DNA of 64,000 bases from an uncultured delta proteobacterium (GCA_963713045.1 CAVQKE010000004.1:608001-672000), one strand, 5' to 3'; positions 48,453 to 59,301 are shown, counted from the stretch's first letter. The notes: generated by a model not told the origin, from the sequence alone. Translations and numbers: made by a program.

Positions 48453-51400
48453 AGAGGGGTGTCGTCGCGGCGGCCTTTTTTCTTCTGGCCGGCTGCGTCC
48501 CGCGCCTGACCGGCGCCCCTTGCCACACCGACACCAATTGCCCCGTCAACCAGTATTGCGATGGGGCGAATTGTCAGTCGGGCCCACCTCCGGCGACGCG
48601 CGTCGTCCAACTTCTGGTCAGCATTCCGGCGGAAATCCTGCCACTGGGCTCGACGGTGCAAGCCACCGCCACGGCTGTCCTTCAGTCGGGCGCCAACGAG
48701 GACGCGACGGCGATGGCCAGCTGGGGCTCGTCCAACAACCTGGTGGCCGAGGTGTCCAACGACGCTGGCTCAGCCGGCACCGTTCTCGCGGTTTCAACGG
48801 GTGAGGCCAACGTCACGGCCACTCTCGATTCGAATTCCGGGAGCGCGCACGTGGTGGTCACCGACGCTCAGCTCCTCTCGCTGGTGGTGACGGTGGACCG
48901 CCCGGTGGTGGCTCCCCTGTCGGACGTCGCCTGCACGGCAACGGGCTTCTTCACCGATGGCTCGCACGCTGACTTGAGCAGCGTCGCGAACTGGAGCAGT
49001 AGCCAGCCAGGAGTCGTTTCCGTTTCCACGACCCCAGGGAGCGTCGGGGCGCTGGTCGCCCTCTCCTCGGGAACTGCCCAAATCGCTGCCACCTACCAGC
49101 AATTCGGCAGTTCGACGACCATCACCGTCACGGGCGCGACGCTCCAGACACTCACCATTTCCCCGTTGCTGCCATACGTGACGCCCGGCCTGAACGCAGC
49201 GCTCCAAGCGACGGGACTCTTTTCCGACGGGACGGCGCAGCCAGTCACAAACAACGTGCAGTGGACTGTGGACGACCCGTCGCTTGCCTTCTTCCTCTCC
49301 TCTATCCCGGGTGAGTTGCAGGGGTATGCCCCTGGCTCCACCATGGTAGAGGCCCAAGCCGGGCTGGTGGTGGCCCAAGCTCCGCTGGTGGTGAGCGACG
49401 CCGCGCTGGCAGGCCTCGAAGTCGCCCCCGCGTTGCCGGACCCACTCGGCCTTCTGGGCACCAAGCCTTTCAACGCTTGGGGAGTCTTCGCCGACCAAGG
49501 CGTGCTTCCGCTCACCACCCAGGCCAGTTGGAGCTCCTCGACTCCACTTCTGCTGGCCGTTTCCCCCACCGCGGGAACGGCCTCAGCACTGGACGCGGGT
49601 GTGGCCAGCGTCCAGGTGACCGTCGCAGGGCTCACCGCTTCGGCCCAACAAACCATCGACGGCTCTCCTCCACGCGCCTTGCTTGTCTGGCCGCCCAACA
49701 CCCCCCTCACCGTCGGACAGCTGGCGAGTCTCGCCGCCGAGCGCGTGCTTTCTGACGGCACGGTGGACGACGCCACCGAAATGGCCGGATGGTCCTCGTC
49801 TTGCCCAAGTGTCATCCAAGTCTCCACGGGGGCACTGGGTGGAGCGCTGGTGGCCCGCTCTCCCAAAACATGCACTGCCACTGCCGAGCTCAACGGCCTT
49901 TCCAATACCGCCTCCGTCACGGCGACGGCTCGGCTGGTGGAACGGCTGGAAGTCAGTCCTGCCCAAGTCTCCCTCGGCGCCGGAGGCTGGGCGGCCCTCG
50001 CGGCGACGGCGGTCTTCGGCGACGGAAGTCTTTTGGACGTCACCCCCTTGGCTGCCTGGACAGCCTCAAACCCTGCAGTCGCCATTGCTGGCAACGGCCT
50101 CCAAGCAGGTCAAGCTTTGGCGGCCGACGCCGGCCTGTGCCAGCTCACCGCCAGCTTTGGCGGCGCCGCTGCCAGTGCGGCCATCAGCGTCGCCGTCGAC
50201 GTTCCAGCGCTTGAGCTCTGGCCCCCCCTGCTGCAAGTCCACGCTGGGACCCTGCGTCCCCTACAAAGCACCGCCGTCTGGCCCATGGGAGACGCGGTCG
50301 ATGTCACCGCGTGGACTGTCTTTGTTTCCGACAGCCCAACGGTGGCCGCCGCGTCGAATGCCGCCGGACGACGCGGACAGCTGGCCGGGTTGAGCCCGGG
50401 GACGGCCACCATCACAGCACTGTTCGGCTCTTCCTCGGCCACGGCGTCGGTGGCGGTGGACGCCACCACGGCGGATGCTGTCCGCGTCTCCGCGCCGGGC
50501 GCTCTTCCGCAGGGCGAGTCGGTGTCCGTGCACGCGCTGGCCCACTTTGTCGACGGCTCGCAGGTGGACGTCACCCGTCAAGCCAGCTGGACGTCATCCG
50601 CCACAGGCCTGCTTCGAGTTCGGGGCATCGGACCGCAGCGCGGCACCGCTGTGGCGTTGTCCCTAGGAAGCGCGGACGTTGGCGCACGCTTCGCGTCCGT
50701 CAGCGGGAGCGCGCAAGTCACCACCACCGCCGGAGGCGTGCCGTCCCTCTCCATCCAGGGCCTCCCGGCGGCAGTTCCAGCTGGGGTCCAGCTTCAGCTG
50801 GCTGCCACCGCGAGCTTTCCGGGGGCCGTCCAACAGGACGTCACTTCGCGGGCGGTTTGGACGTCCACCTCCCCAACGGTGGCTTCCGCATTCAACGGAC
50901 CGAGAGCGGGACTGGTGGTGACGCTGCTTCCCGGCGTGACACAACTGACGGCGGCCTTCGGCGGAGCGAACGCCAGTGCCTCTCTCAACGTCAGTTCTGC
51001 CAACCTCCTTGGGCTCAACATTGTCCCGGCTGGGCCCTCCGGCCCAGTTGGGATGGAAGTGCCGCTGCAAGCGCAGGGCAACTTCAGCGACGGCAGCCAA
51101 TTGGACCTAACCGCACAGGCGCGCTGGTCAAGCGCTAACCCGGCCCAAGTCGCAGTTTCCAATGGCGCCCTGACACGCGGATTCGCCATGGCGCTGATAC
51201 CGGGAAGCACCACGCTCTCGGCATTTGTGATGCGGCCAGACGGCAGCACGGTTTCGGGCAGCACGCCCTTCGTGGGCGGCGCCGCTGTGCCAGTCGGTGT
51301 CGAGGTGGTTCCGGCCAGCATCGTCCTCTCCCTCTCCAGCGGACCCTCCATTGCCCTGCAGGCAATCGCCCACTTGAGTGACGGCAGTACCCGCGACGTC

Positions 51401-51550
51401 TCCGCCTCCGCAAGCTGGAGCGTGCAGGCGCCGGACATCGTACACGTGACGACGTCCGGTGAAGTCACTGCGCTGCAGGCAGGGACGACGGCGGTGCTCG
51501 CGATGTTCGGCGCTGTCACCGGAAGCTCTGCGGTGAATGTCGTCCCTTAA
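48449..51550 (+). CDS. Lipoprotein with a Cys-rich N-terminal motif and about 11 Big_2 Ig-like repeats
   Basis: Lipobox LLAGC; CHTDTNCPVNQYCDGANC; eleven A.A.F.DG...D.T..A.W.SS repeats. Confidence 0.88.
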   Translation: MKRGVVAAAFFLLAGCVPRLTGAPCHTDTNCPVNQYCDGANCQSGPPPATRVVQLLVSIPAEILPLGSTVQATATAVLQSGANEDATAMASWGSSNNLVAEVSNDAGSAGTVLAVSTGEANVTATLDSNSGSAHVVVTDAQLLSLVVTVDRPVVAPLSDVACTATGFFTDGSHADLSSVANWSSSQPGVVSVSTTPGSVGALVALSSGTAQIAATYQQFGSSTTITVTGATLQTLTISPLLPYVTPGLNAALQATGLFSDGTAQPVTNNVQWTVDDPSLAFFLSSIPGELQGYAPGSTMVEAQAGLVVAQAPLVVSDAALAGLEVAPALPDPLGLLGTKPFNAWGVFADQGVLPLTTQASWSSSTPLLLAVSPTAGTASALDAGVASVQVTVAGLTASAQQTIDGSPPRALLVWPPNTPLTVGQLASLAAERVLSDGTVDDATEMAGWSSSCPSVIQVSTGALGGALVARSPKTCTATAELNGLSNTASVTATARLVERLEVSPAQVSLGAGGWAALAATAVFGDGSLLDVTPLAAWTASNPAVAIAGNGLQAGQALAADAGLCQLTASFGGAAASAAISVAVDVPALELWPPLLQVHAGTLRPLQSTAVWPMGDAVDVTAWTVFVSDSPTVAAASNAAGRRGQLAGLSPGTATITALFGSSSATASVAVDATTADAVRVSAPGALPQGESVSVHALAHFVDGSQVDVTRQASWTSSATGLLRVRGIGPQRGTAVALSLGSADVGARFASVSGSAQVTTTAGGVPSLSIQGLPAAVPAGVQLQLAATASFPGAVQQDVTSRAVWTSTSPTVASAFNGPRAGLVVTLLPGVTQLTAAFGGANASASLNVSSANLLGLNIVPAGPSGPVGMEVPLQAQGNFSDGSQLDLTAQARWSSANPAQVAVSNGALTRGFAMALIPGSTTLSAFVMRPDGSTVSGSTPFVGGAAVPVGVEVVPASIVLSLSSGPSIALQAIAHLSDGSTRDVSASASWSVQAPDIVHVTTSGEVTALQAGTTAVLAMFGAVTGSSAVNVVP

Positions 51551-51645
51551 GGCCTCTCGCTCGGCCAGGCCGTGGCGCGCTAGGATGCTTGTGGAATGGA
51601 CGGAACGCGCGGGCGAGGACGCACACCATGTCCAGCCCGTAGACC

Positions 51646-53427
51646 ATGACGCGCTACCGAACCAGCTTCGGGGCGCTCCCCAAGCTAGGGCTGCTTCCTG
51701 GGCCAGCACTTCGGGAGGTGCTGAGCAAGGGTTACGGCTGGACGGCGCTCGGGAGCGACCTCGTCGCTGGGCTGGTCGTCGCGGTGGTGGCCCTTCCTCT
51801 GTCGATGGCGCTCGCCATCTCCTCAGGCGTCGCGCCCCAGTACGGCCTGTATACGGCCATCATCGCCGGCTGCCTGGTCTCACTCTTCGGTGGAGCCCGA
51901 ACCCAAATCACCGGGCCGACGGCCGCCTTCGTCGTCATCCTCGCGCCCATTTCGGCACACTACGGTCTGTCCGGGCTCCTCCTGGCGTCGATGATGGCAG
52001 GCGGCATTCTGGTGTGCTTCGGCATCGCACGGCTCGGGCGTTTGATTGAATACATCCCTCACCCGGTAACAACCGGCTTCACCGCCGGCATCGCTACCGT
52101 CATCGCCGTGTTGCAGCTGCGGGACTTCCTCGGACTGAGTCTCTCCGGAAATCCGGATCACTTCCTGGAACGGGTCGCCGCGACATTTCACGCACTGCCC
52201 ACCCTGCAGCTGGGAGACCTCCTGGTCGGGGTTTTCACCCTGGGGCTGCTCCTGGCGTGGCCGCGAGTCACCGCTCGAGTGCCACCGGCCCTCATTGCCC
52301 TACCGGCAGCGGCCGTTTTGGCGGTTCTCCTGGCCCGACTCGGTCCCGGCTTCCACGCCGCCACCATCGCATCGCGTTTTCATTACGCCGTCGATGGACA
52401 AACCTTCTCCGGCATCCCGCCTTTCCCTCCGAAGCTGCTTTGGCCCTGGACCGCGGCAGGCGCCAACGGCGAGCCGTTGGTGCTGTCTTTTCAACTGCTG
52501 AAGACGCTTATTCCCAACGCCTTCGCCATTGCGCTTCTGGGGGCCATTGAGTCGCTGTTGTGCGCCGTCGTCGCCGACGGCATGAGCGGGGCGCGCCATG
52601 ACCCCGACGCGGAACTGCTCGCCCTGGGAGTGGGAAACCTCGTCGCGCCCTTCTTCGGAGGCTTTGCGGCCACCGGGGCCATCGCCCGCACCACAGTCGC
52701 CATCCGCTCCGGCGCTCGTTCGCCCCTGGCCGGTGTTTTTCACTCCGGGTTTCTGCTGCTCGCCATCGTCGCCTTCGCCTCAGCGCTGGGCGCTCTTCCT
52801 TTGGCCTCGATGGCGGCTTTGTTGCTCACCGTCGCCTGGAGAATGGGCGAGGTGAAGCACGTGATGCACACCCTTCGGGCCGCGCCCAAAAGCGACGTCG
52901 CCGTCCTCGTCTCCTGCTACCTGTGTACGGTGCTGTTCGACATGGTGGTGGGCGTAAGCGTCGGCGTCATGCTGGCGGCGCTGCTCCTCATGCGGAGAAT
53001 GGCGGAGATTGTCAGCACGCGGCCCTTGACGGACACCCCACACCACACCGACCGCTCCATCCCAAAGGGCGTGGTGCTGTACGAGGTCGCTGGACCGCTC
53101 TTCTTCGGCGCAGCGCAAAAAGCCATCAACGTGCTCGACTCGCTGCACGCGGCGACCCGGGCCGTCGTGTTCGACATCAGCGCCGTTCCGGTGATGGACT
53201 ATACCGGCCTGGTGGCGCTGGAGAGCGCCATCCAAAAATTGCAGAAGCGAAACGTCCTCGTGGTCTTAGCAGGCATCCAGCCGCAGCCGGCACGCGTCTT
53301 CGCCAAAGCAGGAATGAAGGCCGTCCCCGGCAAGTTCCTGCTGTGCAAGACGCTGGCCGACGGGGTGGCGAGAACCCGCGACTACCTCGGAGCTCCGACG
53401 CCGCTCGCCATCCCCAAACCTGCCTGA
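51646..53427 (+). CDS. dauA: SulP/SLC26 family transporter with STAS domain (DauA-like)
   Basis: DLVAGLVVAVVALPLSMALAI, GPTAAFVV, GAIESLLCAVVADGM, ATGAIART, GPLFFGAA. Confidence 0.85.
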   Translation: MTRYRTSFGALPKLGLLPGPALREVLSKGYGWTALGSDLVAGLVVAVVALPLSMALAISSGVAPQYGLYTAIIAGCLVSLFGGARTQITGPTAAFVVILAPISAHYGLSGLLLASMMAGGILVCFGIARLGRLIEYIPHPVTTGFTAGIATVIAVLQLRDFLGLSLSGNPDHFLERVAATFHALPTLQLGDLLVGVFTLGLLLAWPRVTARVPPALIALPAAAVLAVLLARLGPGFHAATIASRFHYAVDGQTFSGIPPFPPKLLWPWTAAGANGEPLVLSFQLLKTLIPNAFAIALLGAIESLLCAVVADGMSGARHDPDAELLALGVGNLVAPFFGGFAATGAIARTTVAIRSGARSPLAGVFHSGFLLLAIVAFASALGALPLASMAALLLTVAWRMGEVKHVMHTLRAAPKSDVAVLVSCYLCTVLFDMVVGVSVGVMLAALLLMRRMAEIVSTRPLTDTPHHTDRSIPKGVVLYEVAGPLFFGAAQKAINVLDSLHAATRAVVFDISAVPVMDYTGLVALESAIQKLQKRNVLVVLAGIQPQPARVFAKAGMKAVPGKFLLCKTLADGVARTRDYLGAPTPLAIPKPA

Positions 53428-53509
53428 GGAGCAAGGGAAGTGGAAGCCGGTGGGAGACCGTCGTCGCCTGTTGGAAGGCGCGAGTCGCCAGCCGGCCGCC
53501 TGTTTTCCG

Positions 53510-55009
53510 TCAGAAGGCTTCGCCGGCTCCGAGGTAAATACCGAATCCGGTCTCGCTGAAGGCGAAGTCCAAGGTGACGTTGGTCCGAGACGCGCGATTC
53601 ATCATAAAGCGCAGCCCCACCCCGCCGGCTGGACGCAGGTTTTGGAAGAGGGGCTCCCCGGAATTGTAGTACCCCGGGATGGACACGGCTGGACGCGAGA
53701 AGGTGGAGACGTTGGCGAACACCACGCCGCCGAGGAAACCATCCTCGGTCAGGCGAAAGCGAAACTCACTCTCCAGGTAGACCTCCGCAGTCCCTCGGAA
53801 GCGCCCTTGGACGTAGCCTCGACCGGTCCGCCCCCGAGCGTCCCAGCCGATGGCCGGCAAGGCGAGGTACGGAAGGTTGCCACTGGTGACGCCCTGGGCA
53901 ATGACCCAAAAGGCGACCACATTCCGGGGGATGCTGGGGTCGAGCCCGAGGTAGGTCCGAAACTCGCTGTACAGCTGGGTACTGTCTTGGTCGCTGCCCA
54001 ACCAGGTAGGGTTTCCACGGAAGACGAGGTTCGCGTACACGCCCGAATAGGGATTTACCGTCGAGTCCCGGCTGTCGTACAGCACCTCCGCACCGACGCT
54101 GACCACGTTGTACTGGTTGGAGTTGAAATGGTAGTAGCGGCTGTAGGCGTAGCTGCTGGTAACGACCGGCGGAGTCGACGTCAGGTCCAAGAGTTGGTCG
54201 TCAATCTCGAAAAAACGGTCGAAACGCACCGCACCGCCGACATAGAGGTACCCCACCGCCTTTTTCAGAACCGACTGGTGGAAGCGCAGAAGGTCGAAAT
54301 TCATCGGCTGGGCGCCGGGGATGGCCGCTAGGTCGCCATACCCACCAATGCTGATTCCGGTGGAGATGGGCGTAATTCCGGTGCCCAGCCCATAGGTGTC
54401 CTGATTGAAGACGAGGAATCGGTAGTCACCCTGCAGTTCCCACTCGTTGTCCGACGTCATCACTGTGCTCGGCATTTGAATGATGAGCTGTTTTAGTGAG
54501 GTGTAGATGACGGTTGGCTGGGCGACCGAGATGGTGGTCGTCGCTGGGTCACCCAAGTAGATGCCAAGGAAAGCAGTGACGCCGAGGACAGCGCCCAGTG
54601 CCGGGTTGTAACCGACAACTGGAAGGATGGCCGGAAGCAGCTCGAATGGCTTCGGGACCGCCCGTCCCGGCTGGGTCATGTGCAACAGTGTGAAGAGGTC
54701 CTCTTTATCCTCGTACTCCTCGCACGCACCGTCGATGCAGACTTCTCCGTAACCCAGCTTCTTCGCACACTCGATGCTCGAGCTGCACGTATCCCTGACG
54801 GGTTTGACCGGTGTGTATGGAAGGACGTGCAGGCGCTCGGTTTCGATGACCGGTGCTTCCGTCTGGGGCACACCGCCGTCACTCGGTTGGGAGGGTGTGC
54901 CCTCGCCATTGCTCATCGGGGTCGAGGCGTCTTCCGTGCTAGCCGCGTTGGCCAGTCGGCACGGCACGAACACGACGAGGAGGACCAGCAGGGCGCGCCA
55001 CTGGCGCAT
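53510..55009 (-). CDS. Omp85/BamA-TamA family outer-membrane barrel protein
   Basis: Signal peptide; PVVGYNP, YDSRD, GRGYVQGRFRG, GVGLRF, C-terminal GEAF. Confidence 0.85.
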   Translation of the reverse strand: MRQWRALLVLLVVFVPCRLANAASTEDASTPMSNGEGTPSQPSDGGVPQTEAPVIETERLHVLPYTPVKPVRDTCSSSIECAKKLGYGEVCIDGACEEYEDKEDLFTLLHMTQPGRAVPKPFELLPAILPVVGYNPALGAVLGVTAFLGIYLGDPATTTISVAQPTVIYTSLKQLIIQMPSTVMTSDNEWELQGDYRFLVFNQDTYGLGTGITPISTGISIGGYGDLAAIPGAQPMNFDLLRFHQSVLKKAVGYLYVGGAVRFDRFFEIDDQLLDLTSTPPVVTSSYAYSRYYHFNSNQYNVVSVGAEVLYDSRDSTVNPYSGVYANLVFRGNPTWLGSDQDSTQLYSEFRTYLGLDPSIPRNVVAFWVIAQGVTSGNLPYLALPAIGWDARGRTGRGYVQGRFRGTAEVYLESEFRFRLTEDGFLGGVVFANVSTFSRPAVSIPGYYNSGEPLFQNLRPAGGVGLRFMMNRASRTNVTLDFAFSETGFGIYLGAGEAF

Positions 55010-55135
55010 TTGTTCCCCCAAATGAGGCGAGGCCTCGGAACTGTAGCGCAGCCCGCCCTCGACCACGGCGTTTTTGCGCCGCCTCTTGCGGCTGCTGCCG
55101 TGTGAGTTAGCCCGCCAGGCTTGCAGACGATGGTT

Positions 55136-55530
55136 TCAGTCGAACGTAGCAGCGTCGCTTCGTGCGGCCGGCTCCCGACGCGACAGCCAAAATGCCCAAG
55201 CGAAGAGCACTCCCTGAAGCAAAAGCCGAATGGGGTGGTACCAAGCCGGTGCTGGCGGAAATCCGCTTAGCCAGTGGTAGACGTTGGCCGGAAACACCGC
55301 CAGAAGGAACAGGCAGATTCCCAGCGCGGCCAGATGATACAAACGCCGTGCCAGGAGCCCGATGCCGAGCAAAAGCTCTGCGGCTCCGGACACGTAAACG
55401 GCCGCACGAGGCCACGGCAAAAGCGGCGGAAATATTGGAACAACGCTTCCGGAAAGAGAAAGCGCGTCGTGCCGTCGGCGAGGAAGCGGAGAGCCATCAG
55501 CCAGCAGCTCGCACGACGGCTTCGAGAGGA
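55136..55530 (-). pseudogene. DoxX/MauE-like membrane protein, frameshifted near 55430
   Basis: N-part WLMALRFLADGTTRFLFPE in one frame; PPLLPWPRAAVYVSGAAELLLG..AVFPANVY in another; start uncertain. Confidence 0.55.
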
Positions 55531-55729
55531 CGGGCCCACCCCGCCAGCCGAGCCGACCCCTGCGGCGCAGTCACTCCAATTGGAGAACGCCGACACCGAA
55601 CCAGCGAGTGACCTAGCGGCTATCTCTTTGTCGCTGCCGAGCTAATTCCGGACCAGCTTCATTTCCACCGGGAGCTGGGGACCGGCTTCGCGGGAGCCTG
55701 GCCCTCGACGTGAAGCTTTTAAGCTTCTG

Positions 55730-56106
55730 GGGGTGAGTATGAGTTGAACCGAGCCCGAGTAATTCGTCCGGACACTGCTCAGATTGCGGGAGCGTCACGC
55801 GGGTCGTGCGCGGGTTTGCTCGCATCGATGGTAATGCGCGCGCTGCGTATGTGATTCGTTGGGCCAAGGGACACCGGAGCGACGAGTAGCCAGTGCCCAG
55901 GAATGTCGGATGGTGTCGACCGGCCGGGCTTCATGGTGGTGAACGCCGCGGATGTCAATTGGGGTCCGGCAGATGTGCTCGGTCGAAAAACTCTCTCGCG
56001 AGGGGCCCTGCAACATCAGGTGTACCCAGCGGCGTTTTCCATTGTGGACCGAGTGATTGAGGACGACCTGCGGTTCAGAAACTTTCTGCTCGAAGAAAGG
56101 GCGTAG
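55730..56106 (+). pseudogene. Degraded hypothetical gene
   Basis: Protein-like fragments CSDCGSVTRVVRGF..AAYVIRWAKGH and DRPGFMVVNA..AFSIVDRVIEDDLR, interrupted by stops. Confidence 0.35.
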
Positions 56107-56289
56107 GAATGGATGCTGATGACCGCCAGCCCAATGGGCCCTCAAAGAAGCCAGTGGGACGAGGGCCGCTACCAGGCTCCAGTATGCTGACAGGCCCACG
56201 CGTGACTTCTTGAAGAGGCGGGCGCCTCGGCTGAGCGCCCCGTTTCCTACGACAAGAAGCCAGACGCGTGGCTCAGCTGCTTCCCGCAA

Positions 56290-56718
56290 TTACAACGAGG
56301 ACGTGGTGGCGCTGCACTGCGGCCGGAAGTCCCGGGTGACGAACTGGTCGTTCTTGAGAGAGAGCGTCTGCTGATTCTGCGAGACGAAGGCCAGGCTGGT
56401 GCCATTTCCGCATGTCATGCCGGCCGACTCCACGTGAAGCGTGAGCGGCCTATCAGGAGGAAGGTCGCCGATGCTGTAAGAGCACCGCCCATTGCCCCGG
56501 TGCACCTCGGCTCGGCCAAGGCGCTGGCTTTGCCCGTTGTCGTCGGTGACGGTTGCGTAAACGGAGAGCTGCTCACAAGAGTCGTTGCTGGCCTGGGAGT
56601 CGGGGAGAAGGATGACGCCGGTGACGGTCCCGCTGTAGCTGTTGAGGCCATATTCGACAGTACCGTGAGAGCAGGCTGCCAGGGCGACTGAGCCAAGAAG
56701 CAGAAGAATCGAACGCAT
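56290..56718 (-). CDS. Hypothetical lipoprotein
   Basis: MRSILLLLGSVALAAC lipobox; AGAAAGGA RBS. Confidence 0.75.
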   Translation of the reverse strand: MRSILLLLGSVALAACSHGTVEYGLNSYSGTVTGVILLPDSQASNDSCEQLSVYATVTDDNGQSQRLGRAEVHRGNGRCSYSIGDLPPDRPLTLHVESAGMTCGNGTSLAFVSQNQQTLSLKNDQFVTRDFRPQCSATTSSL

Positions 56719-57160
56719 CGCGTTTTCCTTTCTGTAGAGGTGAACGGCGTGGCGGAGACGACATTCGTCTCGCTCGAGTGGGATAGGGCTTGTTACGACC
56801 GTTCGCTACGACGATTGCCCTGTCCAGAACTGTGCGTTTCCTCGCAGCAGCGGACTGTGCCCGCGCACCGATGCGGCAGCACCCCTGGCCTACCCGTTCG
56901 CATCTTGATGGCTCCCTCCGCCCGGGCCAGGGCCGACTGCACCTGCACGCGGCTTGTTCCTTGTGTGACAACGCGCATCCACCGCTTCGCCGTGCGCGCA
57001 AGCCAAAGAAAATCGCCCGTGGCTCGTCGCCTCGCGAATCACCACGATGCGCCAGCTTGGCCCACTGCCAATTTCCAAGTACCTTGTTTCTCAGGGACGG
57101 TTAGGCCGCTCGCCTGGATACGCAGCAAGCACACACGCAGGACTTCACCAACCACTGACG

Positions 57161-57751
57161 ATGGCCTTCGACTCGAGAGTCTTCGCCACCGTCTTCGCCG
57201 TCATCTTCGTCGCCGAGCTGCCCGATAAGACTGCGCTCGCCGCACTGGTGCTCGCGACGCGCCACAAGCCCTTTCCGGTATTTCTTGGAGCAGCCCTGGC
57301 GTTGTTGATGCAGAGCGCCGTCGCCGTCGCAGCGGGCGGCCTGCTCTCGCTGCTCCCGGCTCGCCCCATTCACGTTGGCGCCGGCGTGCTGTTTCTACTG
57401 TCCGCGGTCCTGATGTGGCGGCGTCCGAGCCCGAAAGCGGCGGAGATGCAACCTCCGCCCATGCCACAACGTGCGCCCAGCGTTCTTCAATCTTTTCTGT
57501 CGGCTTTTGGGGTCATCTTCCTCGCAGAGTGGGGAGACCTCACTCAGCTGGGGACCGCAGCGCTCGCGGCGCGGTACCAACGCCCAATGACGGTATTCTC
57601 CGCTGCGACGCTGGCGCTCTGGGCGGTTGCTGGCCTGGCGGTCCTGGTCGGCAATCGCGCCGGAGCGCTGATGGACCCGCGGGTCACCCAGCGGGTGGCT
57701 GCGCTGGTCTTCCTAGCCCTCGGCGTCGCACTGGTGGCGCGCGTCTTATAG
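57161..57751 (+). CDS. TMEM165/GDT1 (UPF0016) Mn2+/Ca2+ transporter
   Basis: Two motifs, AELPDKT and AEWGDLTQ; six TM segments. Confidence 0.9.
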   Translation: MAFDSRVFATVFAVIFVAELPDKTALAALVLATRHKPFPVFLGAALALLMQSAVAVAAGGLLSLLPARPIHVGAGVLFLLSAVLMWRRPSPKAAEMQPPPMPQRAPSVLQSFLSAFGVIFLAEWGDLTQLGTAALAARYQRPMTVFSAATLALWAVAGLAVLVGNRAGALMDPRVTQRVAALVFLALGVALVARVL

Positions 57752-58020
57752 CGCGAGCACAGCTGGGGAGGTCGGACGGCGTGGTTCTTCGCTCGCTCCA
57801 GGGCGGCGGGGCCACTACCACCATCAGCACATCTCTCAGCTTCGACGGCTCCCACCGTGTCGCAGCAGGAGTGCCGCGCCTAAGTGAAAGGGTAGGCGCG
57901 CTTCACCCGCGCCGTTCCAAAAGGTTCGGCACACCGGGTGGCAAAGTGCTAGAGGCTCCCCCCGCGGCAGCAGTCCGTGGCCCGCGACGCAGTGGGTCTG
58001 AGACCAATCAGGAGAATTCC

Positions 58021-58641
58021 ATGGGACGAAGCAAAGTCGCACTGATGTTGGGGATGGCCGTCATTGTCGCGCCGGCCGCTTGGGCAGTCGATGCCGGGAC
58101 TGCTTCATCTCCCGTCACCGTCAAGCCTTCCGGCACGCCCGGAACCGTCGTCGCAAGCCAGTCAGAGAGCGTCGCCGCCATCGTCATCGCCGTCGACCAG
58201 GACAAGCGCGAGGTGTCGCTGCAAGGGCCGAATGGACGCCTGGAGAACATGCACGTCGACGAGCGAGTGAAAAACTTCGCCCAAATCAAGGTGGGCGATG
58301 CGGTGCTGGTCCGTTTCTATCGCGGCCTCGCCCTGACGCTGCAGGCCCCTGACTCGGCGGCGGTGGCGCCTCAGGTGGAGGCGGTCGGCACTACGGCCCA
58401 ACCGGGTGAGAAGCCATCAGCGGCGGCAGCGGCGGTAATCCGCGGCACCGTGACCATCAAATCGATCGACCCCAAGACCAGAATTGTCGTCCTGGTCGGC
58501 CCCGAGGGCAGAGAGTTTCGCGTGAAGGCGGGCAAAGATGTCAAGTTGAACAAGGTGAAGGTGGGAGACAAGATTTACGCCGAGTACGGCGAGGCCCTGG
58601 CGATTTCCGTCCGGCCGACCACCCAGCCGGCGAAGAAGTAG
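58021..58641 (+). CDS. Secreted protein with two OB-fold-like repeats
   Basis: AGGAGA RBS, signal peptide; repeats VIAVDQDKREVSLQGPNG..IKVGDAV and IKSIDPKTRIVVLVGPEG..VKVGDKI. Confidence 0.75.
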   Translation: MGRSKVALMLGMAVIVAPAAWAVDAGTASSPVTVKPSGTPGTVVASQSESVAAIVIAVDQDKREVSLQGPNGRLENMHVDERVKNFAQIKVGDAVLVRFYRGLALTLQAPDSAAVAPQVEAVGTTAQPGEKPSAAAAAVIRGTVTIKSIDPKTRIVVLVGPEGREFRVKAGKDVKLNKVKVGDKIYAEYGEALAISVRPTTQPAKK

Positions 58642-58805
58642 TCGGACGAAAGCCACGCTTGGTGCAGGTCCTCGCACCGATGGGTCGGGGCGAGGACCCG
58701 CGCCTTTTCAAGGCTCCCGCTGCCAAGCTGATGTGATGAGTCACCGCCAGAAAGTCACCACCCAGTGAGTCAAGCAGTCCTCAACCGTTGGCGACCCTGT
58801 TCCCC

Positions 58806-59278
58806 ATGACCGACACCGCGCACCCCTTCAGCATCCAGCTCTTCGCGCGCTGGCCGGACATGGACTTTAACCAGCACATGCGTAACGCGGCGTACCTCGG
58901 TGCGAGCGAGGACTGTCGAATGCGCTTCCTGGCGGAGAGTGGCTTCACGATGGATGAATTCCGCAAGCGAATGCTCGGGCCGGTCGTCCTCGAGGACCGT
59001 CTGGTGTACAAAAAGGAACTCAAGCTCCTCGAGGGATTTCGGGTCGAGCTGGCGCTTGGCGCCACCACCCGCGACGCACGTCGGTTGAAGCTTCGCAACT
59101 CCTTCACCGCGACCGCGATGGCGCGCTCACGGCGGTGGTCGAAAGCGTGGTGATTTGGTTTGATTTGAGGGACCGAAAACCGGTCACGCCTCCGGACGAA
59201 CTGAAATCCGCTTGGTTCCAGCTAGCTCGAACGAGCGACTTCGAGTGGTACGACGAAGCCAATGCACCAAGGTTGTAG
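58806..59278 (+). pseudogene. Acyl-CoA thioesterase (4HBT/FcbC hotdog family), frameshifted near 59106
   Basis: RWPDMDFNQHMRNAAYL, GPVV; C-terminus RDRDGALTAVVESVVIWFDLRDRKPVTPP..* in a shifted frame. Confidence 0.8.
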
Positions 59279-59301
59279 CCCAGCGTCGGCTGATTGCGGT
59301 G

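Noticed and set aside
56720..57160. yybP-ykoY Mn riboswitch expected upstream of the UPF0016 gene
   Set aside because: I could not find the conserved riboswitch motifs by eye.
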